Below the pieces are notes generated by a model. That model saw only the letters and a list, made by a program, of their open reading frames with translations. It was not told where the DNA came from and made no database searches. Below, piece after piece: positions 1 through 8,040 of a DNA stretch of 44,709 nucleotides (its first letter is position 1; each line of letters begins with the position of its first letter). The stretch spans positions 1 to 44,709 of IMG/VR virus record IMGVR_UViG_3300017716_001690; one strand, given 5' to 3'. Origin of the DNA: a virus (lineage: Duplodnaviria; Caudoviricetes). The position numbers and the translations under genes are program-made.

Positions 1-1
1 A

Positions 2-11
2 GAAGCCGCCG
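2..11. repeat. 10-bp terminal direct repeat GAAGCCGCCG (left copy); candidate cohesive-end (cos) sequence
   Basis: Identical 10-mer at 2-11 and 44700-44709; the genome encodes an HK97-type portal, Terminase_1-like TerL, P27-like TerS and HNH, typical of cos phages. Confidence 0.6.
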
Positions 12-49
12 GTTTGGGGCGAAAACCCAAACGACTTTTAGCGTTTCAT

Positions 50-78
50 TTCAACACACTAGCGGCATGTGTTATAAT
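50..78 (+). promoter_or_regulatory. sigma70-like promoter with extended -10
   Basis: TTCAAC (50-55), 17-nt spacer, TATAAT (73-78) preceded by TG-n, in an AT-rich terminal region. Confidence 0.45.
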
Positions 79-123
79 GTAACGTTCCCATTTGGGACGC
101 ATCGACCTTGCCTTAATGTTGCC

Positions 124-366
124 TCAATCGGTAGGTGTGCCCGACTGTTTAGATTTTCTATTCAATGGATGCGTTCGGGGTAGGCCGTTGATCATGTCCG
201 TACGCACGTACGTTGGTGCGATCCGTAGTGATGACTCAAACGATCCGTCTATGAGGGTCACGTTGACCACGTGCCCACGCTCCGCCCAATAGGTACGCAG
301 GCGCATGGCGACGTGGGTTGCGCCCGCCTTGTCGCATAGGTCGCGGGGCTTGTGCTTGATTGGCAT
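124..366 (-). CDS. hypothetical protein
   Basis: 80-aa ORF, ATG preceded by AAGGA, co-directional and tightly packed with upstream genes. Confidence 0.6.
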   Translation of the reverse strand: MPIKHKPRDLCDKAGATHVAMRLRTYWAERGHVVNVTLIDGSFESSLRIAPTYVRTDMINGLPRTHPLNRKSKQSGTPTD

Positions 367-373
367 GGTGTGG

Positions 374-604
374 TTATTCCTTGGGTTTGATCATAGACAT
401 ACACGCGGCGCTTGATGCGACGTGTAGGCTTTCCGCGTACAGTGTGCACCAATCGGCGAACGCGCCCGGCGTGTCCGTGTGTTCCGGGCGTAAGGCTTGC
501 CACAACACACGGAACCCCGTGTGTGCTTCATCCCTATAGGCGGCTTCGGCTGTATCGTGCACTAGGCCAGTGCTCGCCTTGTACGCTGTTACCTGTTCCA
601 CCAT
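374..604 (-). CDS. hypothetical protein (MVEQVTAYKAS...)
   Basis: Internal ATG at 604 of ORF 374..739, just after the stop of 609..758. Confidence 0.6.
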   Translation of the reverse strand: MVEQVTAYKASTGLVHDTAEAAYRDEAHTGFRVLWQALRPEHTDTPGAFADWCTLYAESLHVASSAACMSMIKPKE

Positions 605-608
605 GGGG

Positions 609-758
609 TTAGCCCTTCCTGCCGTTATTCTGGCGCGCGCGCTTGCGCCTGCGTTCCTGCCGCCATCCTGCCGAGCGGTGCACCGGGAGGGGTTGCGCGT
701 ACCGCATGAGGGGCGCGGCATCGAGCGGCATTGCCGCAAGTATCAGTTGTTCAAACAT
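609..758 (-). CDS. small basic hypothetical protein
   Basis: ATG at 758 overlaps the HNH 3' end; 49 aa with Arg-rich C-terminus. Confidence 0.5.
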   Translation of the reverse strand: MFEQLILAAMPLDAAPLMRYAQPLPVHRSAGWRQERRRKRARQNNGRKG

Positions 759-1086
759 TGTTTCGCCTTTCTTCCGCCTGAATTTCGCCACTATGGCAAG
801 GGGTACAGACACCCTCGATAAACTCGACGTCGTAAAATCGTTCAGGGTGACGCCTTGCCCCTTTGTCTTTGTGGTTCGCCGTGTCCGCTGGGGTCGCTAT
901 CCCCTTCGCCAGACACCGCACGCAAAACGGATCGCGCGCGAGCACGATATCGCGGGTTTGCCGCCATCGTGACGTGTTGTATAATTGTCGCACCATGTCT
1001 TCCGGCCGGCGCGCGTCGTACGCCGCGTTTTGCTCTTTCCGGGTCGGCGCATTCTTCGGGCGATGCGTCTTTGTCTTTTTGGGCAT
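751..1086 (-). CDS. HNH endonuclease (terminase-associated, HK97 gp74-like)
   Basis: YNTSRWRQTR..VLARDPFCVRC ... ANHK ... VCTPCHS motifs with two CxxC pairs; near genome end. Confidence 0.85.
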   Translation of the reverse strand: MPKKTKTHRPKNAPTRKEQNAAYDARRPEDMVRQLYNTSRWRQTRDIVLARDPFCVRCLAKGIATPADTANHKDKGARRHPERFYDVEFIEGVCTPCHSGEIQAEERRNNV

Positions 1087-3346
1087 ATGCAAGCTTTCTG
1101 TCTGCCGTGCACTCGACGCACGCGCCGTTCGAAACGTACCGCGCCCGGTGTCCCTTGGCGCATGGTCTAAGCGGTTCGTATTTGGTCCCTCCGTCCGCCA
1201 TGAACAGGCGCGACGCCATGTGCCCCGCCCGATCCCTCAACCGCGCTAGGTCGGCCCCGGACGGCGGCGGGCGACGGTTGCGTTTTTTCTCTCCCATTCG
1301 CGGCTTTCCTTTCTGTGTTAGATTTGTCACACTCTTACTAACCCCAACCCCCGAACATGCTTGGACGGACGGACACACCCTAGAAAGGGGGGTGCGTCCA
1401 TCCACCAAACAGTAATGTTTTAGGACGGAAATTAGTGTCCATATTTGCGTCCGTTTTGCGTCCGTCCAGCAAACGAGCACCATGCGGTGAAAGCCGGTCG
1501 TTTCGTCGTACAGGATGATTCCGGCATCAACAGCGCGGGTCAAAGCGCGGTCAAACGCCTTCCGGGCGGCGTCCGGTTTCACGTTGTCGATAAGCGAAAC
1601 GAACCGGCGGCGCGCTTCGGCTTCGGGGAATGGTCCCTCCCTATACACCTCTTTCAGCCGCTCCGCGTAGTTGTCCGTCTTCTCGATCTTCGCGCCTTCC
1701 GGGGCGTCGCATTTGACGAGTGACGCGGACGTTTGCCAGCGCGGAACGTCGTTCGGCCCCGCGTCCGGGTTTTCAAGCCAAGGCAACTGCGTCTCGGTTA
1801 TTTGCATGTGCAGCGTTTCGAACTTCCGCGCTTCCTTTTGCTTGGTGTTCTCGATTGCCACAATTCCGCCTTTTTTCATCGACACGGACACTTCGACGTC
1901 GACAGCGCCGCGCATGACGATTGACCCCATGGCGCGCGATTTGTCCGCCTGCCCGGTGTGGTGCACCACGACAATCGTACAACCCCAGTTGTTCCGCATG
2001 TCGTCGCACGCCCGGACGAACATACCCATTTCCTTTTGCGACGATTGATCCGTACCGGGCGTCATGCGCGTTAGGGTGTCGATAAAGACAAGATCGGGCA
2101 CACCGTACGGCGTGAGTTCGGCCCATAGCGCCGACACGTCTTCCGGGTTGTTCATGTTCACCGCCGCCGGGACGACGACGATATCAGCGGTGTTCCATTC
2201 TTCATCCGACACGCCGTGCGCCAGCTTCCACGCCATGAGACGCCGCCCGAAGCCGTTGTGACCCTCACCCGTGATATCCAGCACCTTGCGGCGATCGACC
2301 TTCGATCCGTTCCATTCGCGGCCTAGCGCGACCGACAGCGCCCAATCAACGGTTACGAACGTCTTCCCGTGTTCCGGCGGACCGTACACCATCACGAACG
2401 AAGGGTGTTCGATATGATCACGTATCAGCCAACGCAGCGGGCGCGGCTTCGCGGTGATTTCGCCAACCTTGAAAATGCGACGCGGCGGACCGGCGACGGG
2501 CATAGGTTTGGGCGGTATGGGCAACGCCGCGAGCATTGCCGCCATTTCCCGGTCTTTCTTCCGTGCCCACGACTGACAGGCGCGCGGAATGTCCGACGCA
2601 ATGGCAACCGCGCCACGTTCGGGACGCTCCCAACCGGGCGAACACTCTTGCACGATTTCGGTTAGTTCCTCTTCGCCGAAGCCGCGCGCCGCAAGCGCGA
2701 CGATCGCCGGGTGCACTTCAACGCCCGCCCGCAAGTCGTCAACGAGCATTTCCGTTGTGACGCGGTAAGAGCCGTCGGCGTTGCGCGCGCCCTTCCATGG
2801 GACGCGTGGCAAGTCCATGGACAAGGGACTAGCGCCGCCGTCATGGAAAAACGATTCGTACGGCACGCCCGCCACACGCCCGATATAAAACGGTTGCGAC
2901 AGCGTGAAGGTTTCGGACGACAGCTTGCCGCCTAGCAAGCCGTTGCACTTCTCCGCCGCTTCGCGCCGGGCGTCGACCGGGTGCACACCTTCGAACGGCA
3001 CGACGACACGCCAGCGCGGCGCTTCCGGGCGATGCGACGCCGACGTATAGATGAAGTGACGAATACCCGCCGCCTTTAGCGTTTCGTGCGCGTGCTTCGG
3101 CGTCATCACTTCGCCGTCGTAATCGAGTTCCACGCCGTAGCATTCGCGCGCATTCTCCGCGCTTCGCAATGACCCGTTGTCGGTCCGCTTGTCGCCGAAG
3201 ATCGTTTGCGAGAACAGCCCGCAATGCGCCTTCGACGGTGCAGGCGCGAGCGCGTCCGCCCATTCGGCAAAGCCGCGAAACGTCGTCGCGAATTCGGTTT
3301 TAGTCGACGCGATACGATCGCCGAACGCTGTTATACGGTAGGTCAT
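842..3346 (-). CDS. primase-helicase (N-terminal AEP/prim-pol-like domain plus RepA/AAA_25-like helicase); C-terminal ~200 aa uncertain
   Basis: ELDYDG (DxD), YTSASH and RWRVVVP primase-like motifs; Walker A GPPEHGKT, Walker B LVFIDT, VVVHHTG, RAMGS. Confidence 0.85.
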   Translation of the reverse strand: MTYRITAFGDRIASTKTEFATTFRGFAEWADALAPAPSKAHCGLFSQTIFGDKRTDNGSLRSAENARECYGVELDYDGEVMTPKHAHETLKAAGIRHFIYTSASHRPEAPRWRVVVPFEGVHPVDARREAAEKCNGLLGGKLSSETFTLSQPFYIGRVAGVPYESFFHDGGASPLSMDLPRVPWKGARNADGSYRVTTEMLVDDLRAGVEVHPAIVALAARGFGEEELTEIVQECSPGWERPERGAVAIASDIPRACQSWARKKDREMAAMLAALPIPPKPMPVAGPPRRIFKVGEITAKPRPLRWLIRDHIEHPSFVMVYGPPEHGKTFVTVDWALSVALGREWNGSKVDRRKVLDITGEGHNGFGRRLMAWKLAHGVSDEEWNTADIVVVPAAVNMNNPEDVSALWAELTPYGVPDLVFIDTLTRMTPGTDQSSQKEMGMFVRACDDMRNNWGCTIVVVHHTGQADKSRAMGSIVMRGAVDVEVSVSMKKGGIVAIENTKQKEARKFETLHMQITETQLPWLENPDAGPNDVPRWQTSASLVKCDAPEGAKIEKTDNYAERLKEVYREGPFPEAEARRRFVSLIDNVKPDAARKAFDRALTRAVDAGIILYDETTGFHRMVLVCWTDAKRTQIWTLISVLKHYCLVDGRTPLSRVCPSVQACSGVGVSKSVTNLTQKGKPRMGEKKRNRRPPPSGADLARLRDRAGHMASRLFMADGGTKYEPLRPCAKGHRARYVSNGACVECTADRKLAYAQKDKDASPEECADPERAKRGVRRAPAGRHGATIIQHVTMAANPRYRARARSVLRAVSGEGDSDPSGHGEPQRQRGKASP
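1363..1469. other. candidate replication origin (GGAC/GTCC repeats and imperfect palindrome) near the 3' end of the helicase domain
   Basis: GGACGGACGGACACACCC-TAGAAA-GGGGGGTGCGTCCATCC dyad, followed by an AT-rich stretch and TTTGCGTCCGT x2. Confidence 0.5.
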
Positions 3347-3603
3347 AGGGTCTTGCCTTCAAGCGCCGCCGCAATCTTGCGACATGCCTTCGCGTGTATT
3401 TGCCGGATGCGCTCGCGCGTCACCTTGTTCATTGTCGGCGGTGTCGTGAACGTTCGAAATACTTTCGGAACTTCTTCAAGATCGGCGAACACCACGGGCG
3501 GAAACGACATGCTAACGCGATCAAAAACGTATCGTTCGCGTTCGTTCAGCACGTGCAACACTGACTCAATCCGTGCGTTCCGTAGTTTGTGACGAACTTT
3601 CAT
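3343..3603 (-). CDS. sigma70 region-4-like HTH protein
   Basis: VLNERERYVF ... DLEEV ... VTRERIRQIHAKACRKI resembles RpoD region 4.2; ATGA-type overlaps with neighbours. Confidence 0.7.
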   Translation of the reverse strand: MKVRHKLRNARIESVLHVLNERERYVFDRVSMSFPPVVFADLEEVPKVFRTFTTPPTMNKVTRERIRQIHAKACRKIAAALEGKTL

Positions 3604-3935
3604 AGCGTCGACCCTTTCGTGTTGTATCGTTTCCACGCCAGCAAGAGCGCGCTTTCGCTTACGCCCGCGAGTTCGCACACGGCGCGGCGATGCCTGTTGA
3701 CGCGATCGTTGAACCACTGGCAAGCCTTCACGCGATCGGCGGGAGTGTACCCGGTCGCCGTACCGCTCGCGCCTATAGCGTCGTCCCACGCCCGCGCTAT
3801 GACCGCGCAAAACAGCGCCGCGTCACCCGCCGCCGATACGCACATGCCGTCAAATGGCTTCGCAAGCTTTATCGGCGTCGCCGTGGCGTGCAAGCGCGCT
3901 CGGTGATACTCCATCCGTAATTGAGGCGTGTTCAT
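3600..3935 (-). CDS. hypothetical protein
   Basis: ATG at 3935 overlaps the stop of 3932..4501; coupled with the downstream gene. Confidence 0.65.
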   Translation of the reverse strand: MNTPQLRMEYHRARLHATATPIKLAKPFDGMCVSAAGDAALFCAVIARAWDDAIGASGTATGYTPADRVKACQWFNDRVNRHRRAVCELAGVSESALLLAWKRYNTKGSTL

Positions 3936-4501
3936 CCCATGACCCCGCGCCACGACAAACCGCCGTCGGTCAAGTATCGTCTCATACCGGATTGAATACC
4001 GACATTTGACACGTACGGGTTATCGCGACACTTGATCGCGATCCTTGGGTTTCGCATTTTATGCAACGCCTTTGCTTCGATTGTTCGAACACGTTCACGC
4101 GTCACACCAAACGCCGTCGCGACGTCTTCTAGTGTGCATTCTTGAACGAACCGCATTCGAATTATTCTTTCCTCACGCGGCGTCAAGTAACGAAACAACG
4201 AAGCGACCGTGTCGCGCGCTTGTTGAACAGACGCGACAACTTCCGGGGTGACTTCATCGACCGTTTCAGCTTCCGCCGGTTGTTCAAAGCATTCCGGTGC
4301 GAACATTTGTTCAGGGAGGCAATTCAAACACTCCGCCAACCTATGAACGAAATCGCGTATTGACCCGTCGTTGTCGATCGGACCGACGCGCCCGGTTAGA
4401 ATGTTTTGCATCGTCGTAAGTGACACGCCAGCGTCACGCGCCAGCGCCTTAAACGTGCGATACGGCGAACGCTTCACAAGCGCGCGAAATCGGGTGTTCA
4501 T
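3932..4501 (-). CDS. XRE-like HTH plus sigma70 region-4 domain protein
   Basis: N-terminal TFKALARDAGVSLTTMQNILTG (HTH); C-terminal LTPREERIIRMRF..TLEDVATAFGVTRERVRTIEAKALHKMRNP, very close to the RpoD C-terminus. Confidence 0.8.
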   Translation of the reverse strand: MNTRFRALVKRSPYRTFKALARDAGVSLTTMQNILTGRVGPIDNDGSIRDFVHRLAECLNCLPEQMFAPECFEQPAEAETVDEVTPEVVASVQQARDTVASLFRYLTPREERIIRMRFVQECTLEDVATAFGVTRERVRTIEAKALHKMRNPRIAIKCRDNPYVSNVGIQSGMRRYLTDGGLSWRGVMG

Positions 4502-4584
4502 GCGTTCCCTCTGTCCAATCCGCCGACCATACGCACAAGCCGTCGCAAAAGAAAAGCCCGCCCGGCAAAAATAATTCCGCCGCC

Positions 4585-4601
4585 GTTAACGACTTGGCAA
4601 C
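4585..4601 (+). promoter_or_regulatory. CtrA-like box TTAA-CGACTTG-GCAAC upstream of the plus-strand early/replication operon
   Basis: Same 16-mer as at 15932-15947 and 44458-44473 (opposite strand); followed by a CAACGGGAGAC RBS and ATG 4645. Confidence 0.65.
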
Positions 4602-4644
4602 GGATACATGCGATAACGGCTTATCAGCAACGGGAGACATACCA

Positions 4645-4893
4645 ATGACCACCAAGTTTTATCGGATCAACGAATTCGGCAAGGCGGCAATCTACACCTT
4701 CCCGAACAACGATCGCACATTGTGGACGAAACGCCAGATCGTCACCAAGTTTGACGACACCGCCGAAGCAATGGTCGCGTTCAACGCGTTTTGCGTCGGT
4801 ATCCAGCACACGCCCGACGCCCAACTGATCGACTATGAAAACGACGCGCTGATCACGTGCGGACCGTCCGCCGCACCGCGCCGCGAATTCTAG
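4645..4893 (+). CDS. hypothetical protein
   Basis: GGGAGA RBS, ATG 4645. Confidence 0.7.
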   Translation: MTTKFYRINEFGKAAIYTFPNNDRTLWTKRQIVTKFDDTAEAMVAFNAFCVGIQHTPDAQLIDYENDALITCGPSAAPRREF

Positions 4894-4908
4894 AAGGGAG
4901 CGCAACAC

Positions 4909-5082
4909 ATGAACGCCGACAAAATCCGCGAAATCCTGAACGACGAAGCCGCGCGCATTCTCGCGCCGCGCCGCAACACCCCGGCGAAAATGAACGCCGC
5001 CAGCGGCTTGCGCCTGTTCGCCAAAACCGCAACAGACGAAGAATTGCAACGCTTCCGCGAACTACTGACAGCGAAGGAATAG
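4909..5082 (+). CDS. hypothetical protein (MNADKIREIL..., 57 aa)
   Basis: AAGGGAG RBS, ATG 4909 to TAG 5082; read manually, below the ORF-track cutoff. Confidence 0.65.
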   Translation: MNADKIREILNDEAARILAPRRNTPAKMNAASGLRLFAKTATDEELQRFRELLTAKE

Positions 5083-5087
5083 CGCAC

Positions 5088-5324
5088 ATGACACGCGACG
5101 AAGAACAAACCATTCGCAACCTTGTTGCGCGCCTATCCGCGCCGAACTTGGATTGCCATTTCGGACCCGGACCGGACACAGAACGCCGCATCGCCGAAAT
5201 GAACGCAAACGGTATCGAGTGTGTCAGCCGTATCTATCTTGATAGTTGGATAGTCCCGGCGCTTCAACACCTGTTGCCGGAATCACGCAACACGCGCCTA
5301 GCGCGCGATCTTTCGGGGAAGTGA
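5088..5324 (+). CDS. hypothetical protein
   Basis: AAGGA RBS, ATG 5088. Confidence 0.65.
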   Translation: MTRDEEQTIRNLVARLSAPNLDCHFGPGPDTERRIAEMNANGIECVSRIYLDSWIVPALQHLLPESRNTRLARDLSGK

Positions 5325-5327
5325 CCA

Positions 5328-5507
5328 ATGAACGCCGCAACGATCGCGCTCGCGCGCCAGCTTTCCGATTGGCTTGACGAATTGGGCGACCGTCCCGGCG
5401 CGGTCTTGCAAGACGCAATCAAGCAGGCGACCAAAGCCGAAACAATCGAATGGTTCGCCGCGCTCGCGGAGCGGTACGGCTTCAAACCGGAAGGGACAAC
5501 CGAATGA
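5328..5507 (+). CDS. hypothetical protein (MNAATIALARQ..., 59 aa)
   Basis: ATG 5328 to TGA 5507, ATGA overlap with the next gene; read manually. Confidence 0.6.
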   Translation: MNAATIALARQLSDWLDELGDRPGAVLQDAIKQATKAETIEWFAALAERYGFKPEGTTE

Positions 5508-5773
5508 AACTCGACCAAGCCGAACAATTTGCGCGCCTGTTTGTCGGGCTGTTCATCGTCGTGTGTCTCACCGGCTTGTGCGTCGCGTTCTTGTCGTCGT
5601 GTTCGCCGCCCGCGACCAAGGCGACACGCTCCGCCGGTCACGCATGGGGCGAATGGTGCATGAACCAACCGTATCCCGAGCGCGAGTTTTGCCGGGCCGA
5701 ATGCTTGCGGCGCTTCGACGTGATCAATGACACCCGCGACGACGATTGCATTGACGCTGTTGCACGCCGTTGA
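5504..5773 (+). CDS. putative small membrane lipoprotein
   Basis: Hydrophobic stretch followed by the lipobox-like LSS-C; four further Cys in the predicted mature part. Confidence 0.6.
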   Translation: MKLDQAEQFARLFVGLFIVVCLTGLCVAFLSSCSPPATKATRSAGHAWGEWCMNQPYPEREFCRAECLRRFDVINDTRDDDCIDAVARR

Positions 5774-5992
5774 CACGCGGCACGCGGTTTGCGTCGTGTT
5801 TGAGTATAGCCCGCCCGGCATGTAGAAACGAGACAATCGGCGGGATTAGCAGGGCAAGCGCCCCGGAGAAACGGCCATGAAGTAACCGCAAAGCCTACCC
5901 CGGCGCTAGGGGAACAGAGTGTAACACGACACAACCCGGACCGATCTTCGACAAGCCGCGACCCCTACCACGCGCGCCCCTAGATTGGTCCC

Positions 5993-6037
5993 AACGCCCC
6001 GGCAGGTGTCTCCCCTGTTCGGGGCGTTTCGTTTATT
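5993..6037 (+). terminator. intrinsic terminator-like hairpin upstream of the helicase
   Basis: AACGCCCCG-GCAGG...CCTG-TT-CGGGGCGTT stem followed by TCGTTTATT. Confidence 0.5.
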
Positions 6038-6047
6038 CAGGCGACCC

Positions 6048-7679
6048 ATGATCGACCTCCGCGACTATCAAGACAACCTGTTGTCGGACATTGACGACGC
6101 GTTCCGCAACCCGGACGTTCGCGACGTGTGCGCCGTGCTCCCGACCGGCGGCGGCAAAACCGTAACGTTCGCCGCGCGTATGCAGCGCGCAACGCTCCCG
6201 ATCGTGACCAACGTTCACCGGGTTGAACTCGTCTCGCAAATCAGCATGACGCTTGCGCGCTTCGAAGTGCGACACCGCTTGATCGCCCCGGCGTCGACCG
6301 TCCGCAGTATCCGCAACGAACACTTCCGCGAGTTCGGGCGGACCTTCGACAATCCAAACGCCATGCACGCGGTTTGCTCCGTCGACACGCTCATGTCGCG
6401 GATTGATCAATACGAACAATACGCCGGGCAAGTCGCCGAAGTCATCACCGACGAAGCCGCGCACATGCTACGGGATAATAAATGGGGCGTCGCCCGGACG
6501 CTGTTCAAGAACGCGCGGGGTATCGGCTTCACCGCCACGCCTTGCCGCGCCGACGGCAAAGGCTTGGGGCGTCACGCCGACGGCTTCTTTGACGTCATGG
6601 TGCGCGGACCGACGACGGGGCAATTGATCGGTAAGGGTCACTTGTCGCGGTACAAGATTATCGCCAAGCCGTCCGACATTGACGTGTCCGACCTTGCCGT
6701 GTCCGCGACCACGGGCGATTACAGCGCGCCGCAACTTCGCAAGCGTTCGCATCAATCGCATATCGTCGGCGACGTGGTCGAGACGTATCTAAAGTACGCG
6801 CGCGGAAAGCAAGCGATTGCGTTTACGGTCGACGTCGAGACGGCCAACGAACTTGCCGAACGCTTCCGCGCATCCGGTATTTCAGCCGCCGCCGTGTCCG
6901 CGAAAACCGATGAAGCGGAACGGGTGCAAAGCGTCCGCGACTTCCGCGACGGCAAAATTAAAGTCCTGACAAACTGCGATCTATTCGGCGAAGGCTTCGA
7001 CGTGCCGGGCGTTGAAGCGGTGATACTTGCACGCCCGACTATGTCGCTATCCCTGCACTTGCAGCAGGTCGGACGCGCGTTGCGCCCGGCGAAGGATAAA
7101 GAATACGCGCTGATCATAGACCACGTCGGCAATTGGGAAAAGCACGGCTTACCCGACAGCCCGCGACGTTGGACACTCGACGGCACAACGAAGAAGGATC
7201 GCCAGCTAGACGCCGACGCGATCAAGTTGACGACATGCCACGACGGCTGTTTTCTCGTCTTCCCGCGCAAGTTGCTTCCGACGTGCCCATACTGCGGACA
7301 CACTCGCGAGCCGACCGAACGCAAAGGACCGGAACAGGTCGACGGCGATTTGACCGAGCTAGACCCGGACGTGTTGAACCGTCTCCGCGAGTCGATCGAA
7401 CTTGAACCGCCGGAAGAGATTGCCCGCCGTGTCGGTTTCAAGGCGGGACGCCCGGCGGCGCGCGCCGCGTTCAAGAACCAACAAGAGCGGATCGAATCGC
7501 AACGGGCGTTGCAGGATGCCATAGCGTTATGGGCGGGCGCGCGTCTTGCACGCGGGCAAGTCGACACCGTGTCGTACAGGGAGATTTTTCTTACGTTCGG
7601 GTGTGACGTCTTGACGGCGCAATCATTGCCGCGCAAGGATATGGACGAACTCAGAGAGAAGGTTGAACGGGACACATGA
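6048..7679 (+). CDS. superfamily 2 DEAD/DEAH-like DNA helicase with C-terminal Zn ribbon
   Basis: LRDYQ, PTGGGKT, TDEAAH, GFTATP, EGFDVP, QQVGRALR, IIDHVGN, CHDGC..CPYC. Confidence 0.92.
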   Translation: MIDLRDYQDNLLSDIDDAFRNPDVRDVCAVLPTGGGKTVTFAARMQRATLPIVTNVHRVELVSQISMTLARFEVRHRLIAPASTVRSIRNEHFREFGRTFDNPNAMHAVCSVDTLMSRIDQYEQYAGQVAEVITDEAAHMLRDNKWGVARTLFKNARGIGFTATPCRADGKGLGRHADGFFDVMVRGPTTGQLIGKGHLSRYKIIAKPSDIDVSDLAVSATTGDYSAPQLRKRSHQSHIVGDVVETYLKYARGKQAIAFTVDVETANELAERFRASGISAAAVSAKTDEAERVQSVRDFRDGKIKVLTNCDLFGEGFDVPGVEAVILARPTMSLSLHLQQVGRALRPAKDKEYALIIDHVGNWEKHGLPDSPRRWTLDGTTKKDRQLDADAIKLTTCHDGCFLVFPRKLLPTCPYCGHTREPTERKGPEQVDGDLTELDPDVLNRLRESIELEPPEEIARRVGFKAGRPAARAAFKNQQERIESQRALQDAIALWAGARLARGQVDTVSYREIFLTFGCDVLTAQSLPRKDMDELREKVERDT

Positions 7680-7909
7680 CACAACGTGAACAGGCGTTTC
7701 TAGTGACGTTGCCCGGCGGTGCGTCGGTCGTACATACTGGCGTCGATTGGACCGTGCACGAAGGCGCGTTGACGATTTGGCGGCGCGTCCCGGTTGTCAC
7801 TTGGACGGATCGCGGCGGACGCCAGCGCCGATCGACGCCGCGCCCGGATGATCAGGAACGGTTGATTACGTACGCGCGTCACACTTGGGCGAGGATCGAA
7901 GCGAAATGA
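7676..7909 (+). CDS. hypothetical protein
   Basis: ATGA overlap with the helicase stop. Confidence 0.6.
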   Translation: MTQREQAFLVTLPGGASVVHTGVDWTVHEGALTIWRRVPVVTWTDRGGRQRRSTPRPDDQERLITYARHTWARIEAK

Positions 7910-8040
7910 AAGTCATCGGAACAATTTGGAAAGCCGCGCTCGCAATTGCCACGATCCCGGCGGGGTTGCTCGCGTATTGCGTCGGGTTTGTGCTTGCGTT
8001 GATTGTTGGGTCATTCCGTCACGGTTGGGACGACGCATGA
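7906..8040 (+). CDS. small membrane protein (MKVIGTIWKAALAIATIPAGLLAYCVGFVLALIVGSFRHGWDDA)
   Basis: ATGA overlaps on both sides; one long hydrophobic segment; read manually. Confidence 0.6.
   Translation: MKVIGTIWKAALAIATIPAGLLAYCVGFVLALIVGSFRHGWDDA

Noticed and set aside
958-985. TTGCCG-16nt-TATAAT sigma70-like promoter on the plus strand
   Set aside because: It lies inside the HNH coding sequence (QLYN codons on the other strand) with no plus-strand gene downstream; likely coincidental
3932-4501. Possible CI-like repressor / lysogeny switch
   Set aside because: No S24 peptidase domain, and no integrase, att site or parA recognised; the C-terminus is sigma region 4. Temperate lifestyle is unsupported
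5775-6037. tRNA or tmRNA in the intergenic gap
   Set aside because: No cloverleaf with a TTCGA T-loop and acceptor stem could be built by eye; kept only as an unclassified RNA candidate
6752-7684. 310-aa minus-strand ORF and similar long antisense ORFs (e.g. 17036..18094, 20261..21169, 41728..42495)
   Set aside because: Shadow ORFs opposite well-supported genes in a GC-rich genome, with no motifs or RBS
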